DNA from: Myxococcota bacterium
GTDB lineage: Bacteria; Myxococcota_A; Polyangia; Nannocystales; Nannocystaceae
DNA: 64,000 bases
Assembly: GCA_039194325.1 (NCBI GenBank)
Contig: JBCCWC010000013.1
Coordinates: 61,559-125,558 of the forward strand
Reading direction: 5' to 3'
Every line of letters begins with the position of its first letter. The first letter of the stretch is position 1. A program made the position numbers and the translations under genes. Shown one piece after another: positions 1-10,051 of the stretch. Below the pieces are notes generated by a model. It worked only from the letters and a program-made list of their open reading frames with translations, was not told the origin of the DNA and did not search any database.

Positions 1-758
1 AGGCCCTCGGCCCCCGCGGTCGAGCCCCCCGCCTGCAGCCGCCGAAGCGCCCGCTTGATCTTGCCCTTGTCGTTGGTCGGCTGTAGCACCACCCCGCTGG
101 CCCCCGCGTAGACCACCAGGGCCACGCGATCTTGCTCCCGCAGGTCGTCCGCGAGCATGGTCAGCCCCTTCTTGAGCAAGCCGAGCTTTTCTGGGGAATC
201 CATGGAGCCCGACACATCCACCAAGAACACGAGGTTGCGCGGCGGCACCTCATCGAGCGTGATGTGCTTGCCCTGGATCCCCAGGTGCACGAGCCGATGG
301 GCGTCGTTCCACGGGCACGGGCCGATCTCGGCGGTCACCGAGAAGGGGTGAGGCCCCTGGGGCTCGGCGTAGTCGTAGTCGAAGTAGTTGATGAGCTCCT
401 CCACCCGAACCGCGTCGGCCGGAGGTAGCTGGCCGTACGAGAGGAACCGGCGCACGTTGCTGTAAGAGGCCGTGTCGACGTCTACGCTAAACGTGGACAG
501 CGGCTGATCGGCGACCGCGACGAAGCCGTTGTCGTCGATGTGGTTGTAGTCCTCGGAATCCATGGGCGGCGCATCCCAGCCCCAGTCCGCATCCGCCGGT
601 GCGCCTGCCATGCCGGGCATCCCACTCATCATTCGATAGCGAGTAGCCCCTTTGTTGCAGCCCGCGGGGAGAGCGGCGCCAACAGCGCACAACGTAAGTG
701 CCGCCAAACTACGGCGTAGGACCGAAGACCAGGGGGAGGGAGCGCACGGGGAGGGCAT
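1..758 (-). CDS. vWA domain lipoprotein, YfbK-like (3' end lies outside the window)
   Basis: Hand translation from ATG at 758: MPSPCAPSPWSSVLRRSLAALTLCAVGAALPAGC (lipoprotein-like signal), then PLSTFSVDVDTASYSNVRRFL...PPADAVRVEELINYFDYDY and NLVFLVDVSGSM (MIDAS). Not in the ORF track because it runs off the edge. Confidence 0.85.
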   Translation of the reverse strand, partial: MPSPCAPSPWSSVLRRSLAALTLCAVGAALPAGCNKGATRYRMMSGMPGMAGAPADADWGWDAPPMDSEDYNHIDDNGFVAVADQPLSTFSVDVDTASYSNVRRFLSYGQLPPADAVRVEELINYFDYDYAEPQGPHPFSVTAEIGPCPWNDAHRLVHLGIQGKHITLDEVPPRNLVFLVDVSGSMDSPEKLGLLKKGLTMLADDLREQDRVALVVYAGASGVVLQPTNDKGKIKRALRRLQAGGSTAGAEG

Positions 759-841
759 CGCGGCCCCGAACGACCACGGGAGGACGACGCTTACAGCGGT
801 CCGCTCGTGGGTTCACACGACGCGGCGCTACCCTCCGCGTC

Positions 842-1651
842 ATGGTCGTCGACGCCTGGATCCAGCACCCCAACCCGTCCTTCCTCGCCGACGAGATGTT
901 CACCAGCCTTCGCCGCTGGATGGGCATGACGACGGTCCCCAACTCGATCCCCGTGCAGATGACCCTGAGCGCCCTCGACCTGGCCAAGGTCGATCGCGCC
1001 CTCGCCTGCGCCTGGTGGGGGCCCCGCGGTGCGCTGATCTCCAACGACGAGGTCGCCGCGACAGTGGCGGAGGCCCCCGAGCGCCTGGTGGGGATCGCCT
1101 CGGTCGACCTCCACCGCCCCATGGACGCGGTGCGCGAGCTTCGTCGCTGCGTGCGAGAGCTCGGCTTTCGCGGGGTACGGATCCTCCCCTGGCTGTGGGG
1201 CCTGCCGCCCGACGACCGCCGCTACTACCCGATCTACGCCGAGTGCATCGAGCTGGGGGTGCCCTTCTGCCTGCAGGTCGGTCACGCCGGCCCGCTGCGC
1301 CCGTCGGAGCCGGGACGCCCGATCCCCTACCTCGACCACGTGGCCTGCGAGTGGCCCGAGCTGACGATCGTGGGCGGGCACATCGGCTACCCGTGGACCG
1401 AGGAGATGCTCGCGCTCGTCCGCAAGTACCCCAATGTTTATATCGATACCTCGGCGTATAAGCCCTCGCGCTATCCGGCGGCGCTGGTCGAGTACCTCCG
1501 TGGCCGCGGGCGCCACAAGATCTTGTTTGGGTCCAACTTTCCGATGATCAGCCCCAAGGATTGCCTCGATCAGCTCGAGTCGCTCGGGCTCGACGAGGAG
1601 GCGACCGAGCTGTTCACCGGCGGCAACGCGGTGCGGGTGTTCGGGCTGTAG
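842..1651 (+). CDS. Amidohydrolase family protein (Amidohydro_2-like)
   Basis: Motifs YPIYAECIELGVP, IVGGHIGYPW, NVYIDTSA, KILFGSNFP; start moved to ATG 842 within ORF 698..1651. Confidence 0.85.
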   Translation: MVVDAWIQHPNPSFLADEMFTSLRRWMGMTTVPNSIPVQMTLSALDLAKVDRALACAWWGPRGALISNDEVAATVAEAPERLVGIASVDLHRPMDAVRELRRCVRELGFRGVRILPWLWGLPPDDRRYYPIYAECIELGVPFCLQVGHAGPLRPSEPGRPIPYLDHVACEWPELTIVGGHIGYPWTEEMLALVRKYPNVYIDTSAYKPSRYPAALVEYLRGRGRHKILFGSNFPMISPKDCLDQLESLGLDEEATELFTGGNAVRVFGL

Positions 1652-1669
1652 AGCAGGCGGCCGGAGCCG

Positions 1670-3331
1670 CTATTTCACCGCGATGCGCTCGACGAAGTGC
1701 GGCGCCTCGATGATGGCGGCCATGGTGCTCTGCAGGGTCGCGGCGTCGCCGCCCGAGAGCTCTTCGATCGCCTCGGGGTTGCAGCCGTCGAGCCCATATG
1801 TGTAGTACGAAAGGTACTCGGCGTAGCACGCCTGGGTCTCGGGCCGCGTGGCGAGGGCTTGGGCGAGGCTGTCGAGCCCGTCGAGCTCGATCTGCTCGCC
1901 GCCTTCCAAGCCGGCCAAGACGCCGCTGGCATCGATCGGGTGACCATTCTCGACGTCGCGGTAGCGACCGAAGGTGTCGTAGTGCTCGAAGGCAAAGCCC
2001 ACCGGGTCGATGAGGTTGTGGCAACCCGAGCACTGTCCATCGGTGGAGTGCTGCTCGTAGCGCTCGCGGTTGCTCGCGTCCTCGGCGATCGGCTGCAGGT
2101 TGGTGTCTACACCCGCGGGCGGCTCGGGCAGCTCCTGGCATAGAAGCCGGCGCCGCACGAGCACCCCGCGGGCGACCGGCGAGGAGTTGTCGGTGAGGGC
2201 GTGCCGCGCCAGGATCGACCCGTGCCCCAGAATGCCGGGAGCCCTCGCCCCGTCTCCTTCGGCGGGGATCTCGATCATCTGAGGATCGGGGGTGTTGGCC
2301 TGCCAAAGCCGGTAGAAGTGGCCCAGGTTCTGGTTGACGAAGGTGTAGTTGGCCGAGAGCAGCTCGGCCACGTCGCCTTGGCTGCCAAATAGGTGCAAGA
2401 ACAGCGCGGTGGTCTCGGCCAGCATGTCCTGGCGGTGCTCGTCGGTGAACTGCACCTCGGGCACCTCGACCTTTGCCGTGCTCTCGAAATCGTCGATCTC
2501 CAGCCAGCTTCGCACGAAGCGCTCGAGGTTCTCCTGGCCCTGCGGGGAGGCAACGAGCCGCTCGAACTGCTCCATGCGCACCTGGGGATCGCCCAGCGCG
2601 CCCTGGGCGGCCAAACCGAGCAGCTCGTCGTCGGGGGGACGGTTGGTCAGCGAGTATGACAGGTTGCTCGCCAGCTCGTAGTCGGTGAGCAAGAAGCGGC
2701 CCTCGTCCCCCGTGTCGGCCCCTAGCTCTCGGCGATACAAGAAGTAGGGCGATTGCATCATCGTGGCGATTACGACGGTGACGGCCTCGTCGAACGTGGG
2801 CTGGGCGTCGAAGAGCTCGGCGTAGGCGGAGATCTTCGCGTCGGCCAATGGCTCTCGGTAGAACCGCAGGCCGAGCTCGGCGATCACCTCGTCGCGGCAG
2901 GCAGGGTCGGTCGACTGGCAGCTCGCGATCTGGCCCAGCTTGTTGGCCACCGCCCACTCGGCGACCGACTCGGCGTACTGCATCAGCTGCTGCGCGTTGA
3001 GATCTCGGACGAGCGCCTCGGTGGCATCGACCCGGAAGCCATGGACGACGGGATCGCTGAGCACGTCGGCGTGCGGGACCGACTCGTCCTCGAAGATCGC
3101 TTGCAGGGTCACGTATAGCTGGTGGGCGCTGAGCCGGCGGATCATGCGAGGGCCAGCCTCGGTGCAATCGGGCGCGGTCGGCTCTGCTCCGCCGTCGCCC
3201 GACTCGTCTTCGCCGGTCTCGCCGTCGGTCATTCCCACATCGTCGATCTCTGCCTCGCCGCCCGCGTGGCAGGCGGTCGCCAGCAGGGGCAGCGAGGCGA
3301 TGATGAGCGATTCGAGCTTGATCGAGTGCAT
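1670..3331 (-). CDS. DUF1592/DUF1588/DUF1595-type lipoprotein
   Basis: IRRLSAHQ, QSPYFLYRRE, ELASNLSYSL...PPDDEL, SSPVARG, CSGCHNLIDPVGFAFEHYD; lipobox LATAC; adjacent to a DUF1552 gene, the usual partner. Confidence 0.85.
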   Translation of the reverse strand: MHSIKLESLIIASLPLLATACHAGGEAEIDDVGMTDGETGEDESGDGGAEPTAPDCTEAGPRMIRRLSAHQLYVTLQAIFEDESVPHADVLSDPVVHGFRVDATEALVRDLNAQQLMQYAESVAEWAVANKLGQIASCQSTDPACRDEVIAELGLRFYREPLADAKISAYAELFDAQPTFDEAVTVVIATMMQSPYFLYRRELGADTGDEGRFLLTDYELASNLSYSLTNRPPDDELLGLAAQGALGDPQVRMEQFERLVASPQGQENLERFVRSWLEIDDFESTAKVEVPEVQFTDEHRQDMLAETTALFLHLFGSQGDVAELLSANYTFVNQNLGHFYRLWQANTPDPQMIEIPAEGDGARAPGILGHGSILARHALTDNSSPVARGVLVRRRLLCQELPEPPAGVDTNLQPIAEDASNRERYEQHSTDGQCSGCHNLIDPVGFAFEHYDTFGRYRDVENGHPIDASGVLAGLEGGEQIELDGLDSLAQALATRPETQACYAEYLSYYTYGLDGCNPEAIEELSGGDAATLQSTMAAIIEAPHFVERIAVK

Positions 3332-3342
3332 CGTAGTGGTCC

Positions 3343-4626
3343 CTATGCGCAGAGGATCGACAGCGGCTCGCGAGCCCCAGCGTCGGACTCGGTCGAGCCG
3401 AAGCCCTCGAGATCGGTGATTCCCATCGCCTCACAGCAGTTGAACAAGACCCGCTGGTGCGCCTCGCCACCGCCCTGGAGGTAGCGGCCCCCAGGCGCGG
3501 TCTTGAGGTAGCCCCCCGCGCCACCGCTGAGCACGAAGCGCATGTTCGACCCGTTGTGGGCGACCGCGTCACCCATTCCTCGGGTCCAGATCATCAGCGT
3601 CTGATCAAAGAGGCTGCCATCCCCGTCGGGTGCCGGCATCGACCGCAGCTGCTCGGCAGCGGCCACGAACTGCTCACCGACCCAGCGCTCGAGGTTGACG
3701 ACCTGCTCGGTCTGCCCCCCGTGGATGAACTGATGCCAGTCGCCGGTGCCGATCTCGGGCAAGCCGACCTGGGTGGCCTGGTGGTGCCCAAACTCGATGG
3801 CAGCGACCCGGGTCAGATCGCAGGAGAACGCGGTGATGGCGAGCTCGACGTGGGTGGCGCTGTTGACCAGGGCCTCGGGCGAGTCGGTCACCCCGCCCGC
3901 GGGGTTGCACTCGGGCCCGTCGCCGTTGCCTAGCAGGCGATCTTCGAGCTGGCGGATCGAGTCGGTGTGGAGCTCTAGCTTTTGTCGCTCGGAGTGGCCG
4001 AGCTGGTCGGAGAGCTCGGAGATCTCTGAGGTAATAAGATCCAAAGAGCTCTGTCGGCGGGCCAGGAGTCGCTCCGCCGCCTCGCCGTCGAGGTCGCCGC
4101 CGCCGGCGATCCCGGCGAAGATCGTCTCGTAGGCGGCGGCCGGCGAGAAGAGCGGAGAGAGGGCCTGGTCGCTGTAGCGGAAGAAGGTGCTCTGGGCTTC
4201 GGAGCTGACTCCGCCGAGGATCAGGTTCTCGAAGGGCGTGCTCACCCCCTGCTGGGCGAGCTTGTCGCCCACGAACTGCTCCAGCGACACGCGGTTGCTC
4301 CCGCTGTGGCCCACGCCGGTCAGGCCACCCGGCGCGGCGTGGTTGTCCGAGGTGCCCTTGCTGTCGAGCTCGTCGATCACCACGAGGCTGTCGCGTAGTG
4401 GCTCGAGCGGCTCGAGCATGGGGCTGAAGACGATGTCGGACTCGGTGGAACCGGTGGGGGTCCACTGATCGATCATCGTGCCCGTGGTGTGGAAGATGAG
4501 CAGGTACTTGGCCTTGCCCCCGGCCGCTATCGCTCGGCGCGGCCCGAGCAAGGAGATGAAGGGCGACAGCAACGTCGCCGCGGCCATCGAGCTGACAAAG
4601 GACCTTCGACCGAGCGTACCGGGCAT
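3343..4626 (-). CDS. DUF1552 domain protein with Tat-like signal
   Basis: N-terminal GRRSFV twin-arginine motif; ERQKLELHTDSIRQLE, AFSCDLTRVA, GSLFDQT, H-rich motifs. Confidence 0.85.
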   Translation of the reverse strand: MPGTLGRRSFVSSMAAATLLSPFISLLGPRRAIAAGGKAKYLLIFHTTGTMIDQWTPTGSTESDIVFSPMLEPLEPLRDSLVVIDELDSKGTSDNHAAPGGLTGVGHSGSNRVSLEQFVGDKLAQQGVSTPFENLILGGVSSEAQSTFFRYSDQALSPLFSPAAAYETIFAGIAGGGDLDGEAAERLLARRQSSLDLITSEISELSDQLGHSERQKLELHTDSIRQLEDRLLGNGDGPECNPAGGVTDSPEALVNSATHVELAITAFSCDLTRVAAIEFGHHQATQVGLPEIGTGDWHQFIHGGQTEQVVNLERWVGEQFVAAAEQLRSMPAPDGDGSLFDQTLMIWTRGMGDAVAHNGSNMRFVLSGGAGGYLKTAPGGRYLQGGGEAHQRVLFNCCEAMGITDLEGFGSTESDAGAREPLSILCA

Positions 4627-5086
4627 GATGAAGAGCTCCCATGGGTACAAAACGCGCGTGGACACGCGCGTCCGACCCCGTGTCGTTGGGGTGGATCACG
4701 GCGGCGAAAGTCGATGAAGTTTTGCGGTTAGCGCCAGCGGGCTCGGCCGTGGTGAAAACCTTGTGTGGCCGTCAACATGGTGGGCGCGGGCTGGGCTGAG
4801 GCGAGTCTCGCCCCCTTGGACCCACGAGGAGCAAACCTTTGTGCTTGGCCTCGACCGATCGAACGACCGGGGCCTACAAACCCCAACGCACGACCTCATG
4901 GCTCGTACCGCGCTCGCACGTGGACTTTTGTCTCACGCTCGCCGGACAGGCTGATCGTGGGTACCGGCGACTTCGGCGATGCACCCAACCAGGTCCTCGC
5001 GATAGAGGCTTTCGACACACACCTCGGGTTTCTGCCAGCCCGAGCATGACCCTACCTGCCCCGAACAGCCCGGCATCTTCTTCGAC

Positions 5087-5746
5087 TCACCACGCATCAC
5101 CAGGATTGAGGCGACCTTGTCGCCGCAGCTCCTTTGCCACGAACGGGGACTCCTCTCGGAGCACGCGCAAAGAGATGTCACCCCGCCAATAACGCTCGGC
5201 ATCCTCTTCGCGCTGGTGCCGAAAGTCGTCGAGTCCCAGGCGATCGATGGTCGCTTGGATCCCGTCGCGCAGCGCCACCGCCAAGCGCGGGTTTGGTTTC
5301 ACTTGAAAACCCACCAACTCGAGCTGAAACCAGCTCGGCTTGACGTCGAACGGATCCAGAACATCGCCAAACTCCCGCTTTCGCGCGTTGAGCCGCGAGC
5401 AACACAGGCGGTAGTTGGACCACAGGTAGACCTTGCGCCAACTTCGTGACTTCGCGGCAAAGTGATCTGCCGATGCGGCCCCGGTGACGCGATGGATGCG
5501 AAAGCACGAGTACGCACAGATCTCTCCGTAGGCGTCCATGAGGTCGCCGAGGGCCTTCGTCCAGTAGGTCGGAAACTCGTTCGCCGGGATGTCGCGCTCG
5601 CGTTCGTACCGCGCTAGGAATGGCCGTCCGCGTCGACGCGGGTACGACGGCGTCTTGCCCACCATCTCCGCGATGGCGCGAAGCCCCGGCTTGCGCACCT
5701 TGTCGTCGAAGCCGGGTGGCCTGGGAGCCTTGCGTACGGGGATCAT
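5087..5746 (-). CDS. HNH-type endonuclease (Septu PtuB-like)
   Basis: CAYSC...ADHFAAKS...WSNYRLCCSRLNARK; start overlaps the ATPase stop (ATGA at 5743-5746). Confidence 0.7.
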   Translation of the reverse strand: MIPVRKAPRPPGFDDKVRKPGLRAIAEMVGKTPSYPRRRGRPFLARYERERDIPANEFPTYWTKALGDLMDAYGEICAYSCFRIHRVTGAASADHFAAKSRSWRKVYLWSNYRLCCSRLNARKREFGDVLDPFDVKPSWFQLELVGFQVKPNPRLAVALRDGIQATIDRLGLDDFRHQREEDAERYWRGDISLRVLREESPFVAKELRRQGRLNPGDAW

Positions 5747-7008
5747 CGGGCACGCCCCCTTCGCGCCTTCAGGTCATGCCGGTACTGCGTCCATCGCACC
5801 CAGAAACGATCGACGTCACTGAGCGCCTCCCGCAGGAGTTGGTCCACCCTCTTGACCTCGGCCGGCGTCGCCTTCGGCTTCCTGAGCAAGGCAAGCGCGG
5901 CTGTGATGGCCTCTTCGGCCTCGAGCGAGCGGGGTTCTCGGAGATCGAAGACACTCGAGGTGAGCCATGCATTGGCATCACCGCGCCGGCTCCACGGGTA
6001 CTCGCCAAGTTGAACCTGACCGTCGACCAGGTCAAGCTCCCAGATGGCGTCGGCCTCGATGTCGAAGCGCGTCTCGGCTGATGCCAGCACCAACGGTGAG
6101 TGCGTGGCCGTGATGAGCTGCACGGGCACATCGTGCTGACCCGTCAATGCCTCCATCACATCGAGCAGCGCCGGAACAATGCGACGTTGCCACTGCGGGT
6201 GCAGATGCGCCTCGACCTCGTCGATAAGGAAGATGATCCGCTGAGCCGGCTCGTCACCACGTAGAGCAGCGGCGTCGATGTGCTCGCGCCAGGACCACAC
6301 GAGCAAGTAGGCCAGCGCAACGATCCGACGAATGCCCGCCGAGGCATGGACCAGGGGCACATCGTGCCCGTAGGACATACGGATCGTGGGGTGCCTGCGC
6401 GCGTCGGCCAGCGAGATCTTCATCAGTTCCCCCGGCTCCAATTGCTCGCCGGTCGACGGAGAGAGCGATCGCAGCACCCGGCACAACTGCTCGAAGCTCT
6501 CGCCGGCCTCGAGCTTCCAGCTGGCCCAGTCCGCCACGAGGCCATTGCAGAACTTGACAGGCTCATCGAGCGGCAGCCCGTGCCAGACCTCCTGTGGTGA
6601 GAACAAGTAGGCCGACTGACGATCTGCCTGCTCGCCCTTCCAGTAGTTGCGAGCGGGATCCCACACCGAGAACCCTCCATCGACCTGCGCATAGAGGACC
6701 AACCCGGGGATCGGAGGCCGACCGCGCTTGAGTGGCCATTGCTCATTGGCTCGATCGAACTCGCTCTTGTGTCGATGGCCTCGGCTGGTCTTCGTCTTGT
6801 AGCGATACTCGATGGTCGCCTTGGCCGGTGGCCGGTGCGGGCGCAACATCTGCCGCGCCCAGGTGCGGGTGAGCGCCCACCAAGCGGCGTCGAGCAAGAA
6901 CGTCTTGCCCAGGCCATTGTCGCCAGCGAGAAAGTTCAACCGCTTGCGAAACTTCACCGACAGCGAGGAGGCTGGACCCACACCGCGAAACTCTAGTGCT
7001 TCAAGCAT
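5743..7008 (-). CDS. ABC-type ATPase, AAA_15/AAA_21-like (Septu PtuA-like)
   Basis: Walker A GDNGLGKT, signature-like ASAGIRR, Walker B FLIDEVEAHLHPQWQ, H-loop ATHSP; no transmembrane partner. Confidence 0.8.
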   Translation of the reverse strand: MLEALEFRGVGPASSLSVKFRKRLNFLAGDNGLGKTFLLDAAWWALTRTWARQMLRPHRPPAKATIEYRYKTKTSRGHRHKSEFDRANEQWPLKRGRPPIPGLVLYAQVDGGFSVWDPARNYWKGEQADRQSAYLFSPQEVWHGLPLDEPVKFCNGLVADWASWKLEAGESFEQLCRVLRSLSPSTGEQLEPGELMKISLADARRHPTIRMSYGHDVPLVHASAGIRRIVALAYLLVWSWREHIDAAALRGDEPAQRIIFLIDEVEAHLHPQWQRRIVPALLDVMEALTGQHDVPVQLITATHSPLVLASAETRFDIEADAIWELDLVDGQVQLGEYPWSRRGDANAWLTSSVFDLREPRSLEAEEAITAALALLRKPKATPAEVKRVDQLLREALSDVDRFWVRWTQYRHDLKARRGRAR

Positions 7009-7216
7009 TTCCTGCTCCAGTGGTGCGCCGATCGCGGCTCCGATCGCTGCGATGATACCGAGACCTCGGGCGACCGCCATTCCAGCGAGGCGTTCGAAGA
7101 TCCTCTCTCATCTGCGGCCCTGCCTACGTTGCAATGCCGCCACGCTAAGAATTCCAGCGACCCCCTGTTCGCGCTTACCCCGCAAGCTCGCACCATAGCT
7201 CCGCGTGCATGGCCCG

Positions 7217-7297
7217 TCAGGGCTCGAGCGCCGCGACCAGCACATCGAGATCGCCCTCGCTGTGCTCGGTGCCGGCGACATAGACAACCTCATTGCG
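7217..7297. repeat. Diverged direct-repeat copy of 8539-8622 (3' end of the 8539..9948 gene)
   Basis: TCAGGGCTCGAGCGCCGCGACCAGCACATCGAG is identical at 7217 and 8539; similarity continues about 80 bp with one 3-bp gap. Confidence 0.9.
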
Positions 7298-7384
7298 AAA
7301 CCCCTACCCGGGCTTGCTATCGTGCGAAGGTGCTGGGCCGCGAAGCGCTTGCGACCGCCTCCCCCGCCTCGACCTGAGCTAAAC

Positions 7385-8485
7385 ATGACCACCTCGAATT
7401 CACTGCGCCTGCTGCTGCTGTCCTGCGTGCTACCCCTGGCCTGTTTCGACCCCGAGGCGAACGACGACGATGCGAACGACAGCACCGGGGCCACCACGGG
7501 CGCGAGCACGTCTGCGACCACGACCAACGAGTCCGCTCCCGCCCCGGACACCTCGGACTCGGGCACGCCCGACCCGAACACGACGGGCGAGGACCCGGAC
7601 ACCACGGCCAGCAGCGGCGAGCAGATCGACCAGACCCCGCCCACCGTGGTCTCCATCTCGCCCGGCGACGGCGAGATGGGGGTGTGGGCCGACACGACGA
7701 TCGCAGTGACCTTCAGCGAGGCGATGGATCGGCCCTCCGCTCAGGCAGCATGGCAGTCGGCCAACATCGGCCCCGTCACCTTCATGTGGAGCGCCGACGA
7801 CACCGAGATGACGGTGGTGCCCAACGCTCCGCTGCCCTACGGCACGGGCAGCAGCCCGGCCACCACCACGGCCCTCGAGTATGCGCTCACGGTGGACACC
7901 ACCGCGACCGATGCGGCGGGCAACGCCCTCGAAGCGCCGTGGAATTCGAGCTTCTTCACCCTGCGGCAGGTGCTGCTCGAGGTGCCGCCGGTCGACATCA
8001 TGACGGGGATGACCTCGCCAAGCGGGGTGGGGCTCAACACCAACGACTGCTACGTGGGTGACATACCGGGAGACACGCCGCAGCGCGGCACGATGACCTT
8101 CGACTTTCCGCCCTTCCCCGCGAGCTTCGTGGCGATCTCCACGGCCGTGATGTCGGCCGCGCAGGTCATCGTCAACGGCGAGCCCTACGGCCCTGCGCCG
8201 GGGCTGGGCACGGTGCACATCCTCGACGTGGAGTACGAGGATCAGTTCTACGTGTGGGACGAAGCGATCGTGATCGCCGATCTCGGGGTCTTCTCCAACG
8301 ACACCAACATCGAGACCAAGAGCTTTGACGTCACCGAGCCGGTGATCGCCGATTACGAGCTGGGCACCCCCAACACCCAGTTCTGGCTGCAATTCCCCGT
8401 GCTGACCAACAACAACGGGACCACCGATCGCGTGACCTTTGGCAAGGACACGGTGGTGCTCGAGCTGGGCTACCTGATGCAGTGA
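7385..8485 (+). CDS. Lipoprotein with bacterial Ig-like (Big_5-like) domain
   Basis: Lipobox LPLAC, Thr/Ser/Asp-rich linker, DQTPPTVVSISP...IAVTFSEAMD...DAAGNAL. Confidence 0.8.
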   Translation: MTTSNSLRLLLLSCVLPLACFDPEANDDDANDSTGATTGASTSATTTNESAPAPDTSDSGTPDPNTTGEDPDTTASSGEQIDQTPPTVVSISPGDGEMGVWADTTIAVTFSEAMDRPSAQAAWQSANIGPVTFMWSADDTEMTVVPNAPLPYGTGSSPATTTALEYALTVDTTATDAAGNALEAPWNSSFFTLRQVLLEVPPVDIMTGMTSPSGVGLNTNDCYVGDIPGDTPQRGTMTFDFPPFPASFVAISTAVMSAAQVIVNGEPYGPAPGLGTVHILDVEYEDQFYVWDEAIVIADLGVFSNDTNIETKSFDVTEPVIADYELGTPNTQFWLQFPVLTNNNGTTDRVTFGKDTVVLELGYLMQ

Positions 8486-8538
8486 GGGCCAGGGCCTCGG
8501 GAGGGCATCAAAAGCGCCCCGGGGCCACCATGGGATCA

Positions 8539-9948
8539 TCAGGGCTCGAGCGCCGCGACCAGCACATCGAGGTCGCCCGCCTCGCTGCGCTCGGTGCCGG
8601 CGACGTAGAGCACCTCGTTGCGGTGGTCGTGCACCACCGCGCCGAGCTCCACCTCGCCTTGGCTCGTGAGCACCCGATCCGACCAGCGAACCCTCCCGTC
8701 CGAGTCCAAGCGCGCCACCCAGCCCTGGACGCCGTCACCGTCGGTCCCGACCGTGTAGCAATCCCCGTTCACGACCCCAGCGATCCCCTCGACCGATCCC
8801 TCGGGGAGGTCCACTTCGACGATGACGTCGAAGGCGGTGCTGCCGTCGAGTTCGAATGCCGCCAACCACGGCTGCCCGCCCCGCGTGCCGCCCAGCAGCG
8901 GGCGCCCGGCCGCGTCGAAGCCCGCCGCCCGCAGCGACCGGCTGCCTGCCGATCCCTCCGCCAGCGGCGAACCCTGCGGGGAGATCAGCCACCACCGTCG
9001 CGCTCGCGCGGTCGAGCCCGCGATGACGAAGGCCCCGTCGCCTCGCGAGGCCACCGCGTCGATCGTGGTGACCGCTTCACCCCGCCAGTCGGGCCGATCG
9101 CTCTGCACCCAGCGCGCCCACGCCCGGCCGTCCTGGATCCCGATCAGCACGAAGCCTTGCGAGGTATACGCCGCCCCTCGGCCCACCTCGTAGGCGAGCG
9201 TATCGACGGCCCCTGTCTGCTGGGGCTCGACGAGGGCATCGAGCCAGGCGTACCAGGCGCGAGCTCCGGCGGGTCCGGTCGAAGATTGCTCGCCGGTCAC
9301 CATCACCGTCAGACCATCGGTCGCCAGACCATGCACCTGACGATCGCCGGGCTCCTCGTCCACCCACGCGGGCTCGAGCGGCACCCCATCCGGATCGTAG
9401 GCCAACACGAGTGCCGAGCGATCACCGTCGGCCTCGCCCTGCTCCCCGGCGACCACCACGAACCCGTCGTCCCGCACGATCATGGCCACCGCCCGGTCGT
9501 CGGCCGTGGCGCCGTAGCGCTGCACCCACCGCTCGCGACCCGAGATCCGACACTGAGGCGTACACCCATCGCCCTCGTCGAGGTTGGCGTCGTCGCAATC
9601 CTCGCCAGGCTCGACCACGCCGTCGCCACACACGAAGTCGCCCCCGCCCGACGAGCTGGAATCGGTCGATCCCCCGGAGCTGCTGCTGCCCCCGTTGTTG
9701 CCGCTGGAGCCTGGATCGTCGTCTGGAACACACTGGCTGGCCAGATCCTCGGCCGCGTTGACGCTGAAGCTCCAGCCCGAGATACAGTCGAGGTCCGGGT
9801 AGGCGCAGTAGCCCTCGACCTCACAGACCCCCTGCTGACCGGCTCGCACGCACTGGTTGTCATCGCGACAGGCGTAGGGCGCTACGGAGCATGCGTGCAG
9901 GCCACTGCACAATACTACTGCGCCGGCGAGCCGCGATCGCGTGCCCAT
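8539..9948 (-). CDS. Cys-rich lipoprotein with myxobacterial disulfide repeat and probable beta-propeller
   Basis: Lipobox LHAC; CGDGVVEPGEDCDDANLDEGDGCTPQC repeat; beta-strand-rich C-terminal repeats. Confidence 0.75.
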   Translation of the reverse strand: MGTRSRLAGAVVLCSGLHACSVAPYACRDDNQCVRAGQQGVCEVEGYCAYPDLDCISGWSFSVNAAEDLASQCVPDDDPGSSGNNGGSSSSGGSTDSSSSGGGDFVCGDGVVEPGEDCDDANLDEGDGCTPQCRISGRERWVQRYGATADDRAVAMIVRDDGFVVVAGEQGEADGDRSALVLAYDPDGVPLEPAWVDEEPGDRQVHGLATDGLTVMVTGEQSSTGPAGARAWYAWLDALVEPQQTGAVDTLAYEVGRGAAYTSQGFVLIGIQDGRAWARWVQSDRPDWRGEAVTTIDAVASRGDGAFVIAGSTARARRWWLISPQGSPLAEGSAGSRSLRAAGFDAAGRPLLGGTRGGQPWLAAFELDGSTAFDVIVEVDLPEGSVEGIAGVVNGDCYTVGTDGDGVQGWVARLDSDGRVRWSDRVLTSQGEVELGAVVHDHRNEVLYVAGTERSEAGDLDVLVAALEP

Positions 9949-10051
9949 GCCCCACGCTACCACGGGACGGCTCGGCCGACGCCTCGGCGGGCATCCCGAC
10001 AGACGCCTCGGGAGAGGTCTCCGGTCGCCGGGCTGTTACCATCGGCCCACC

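Noticed and set aside
4700..7200. Retron (type I-A)
   Set aside because: ATPase and HNH are present but there is no reverse transcriptase ORF and no recognisable msr-msd.
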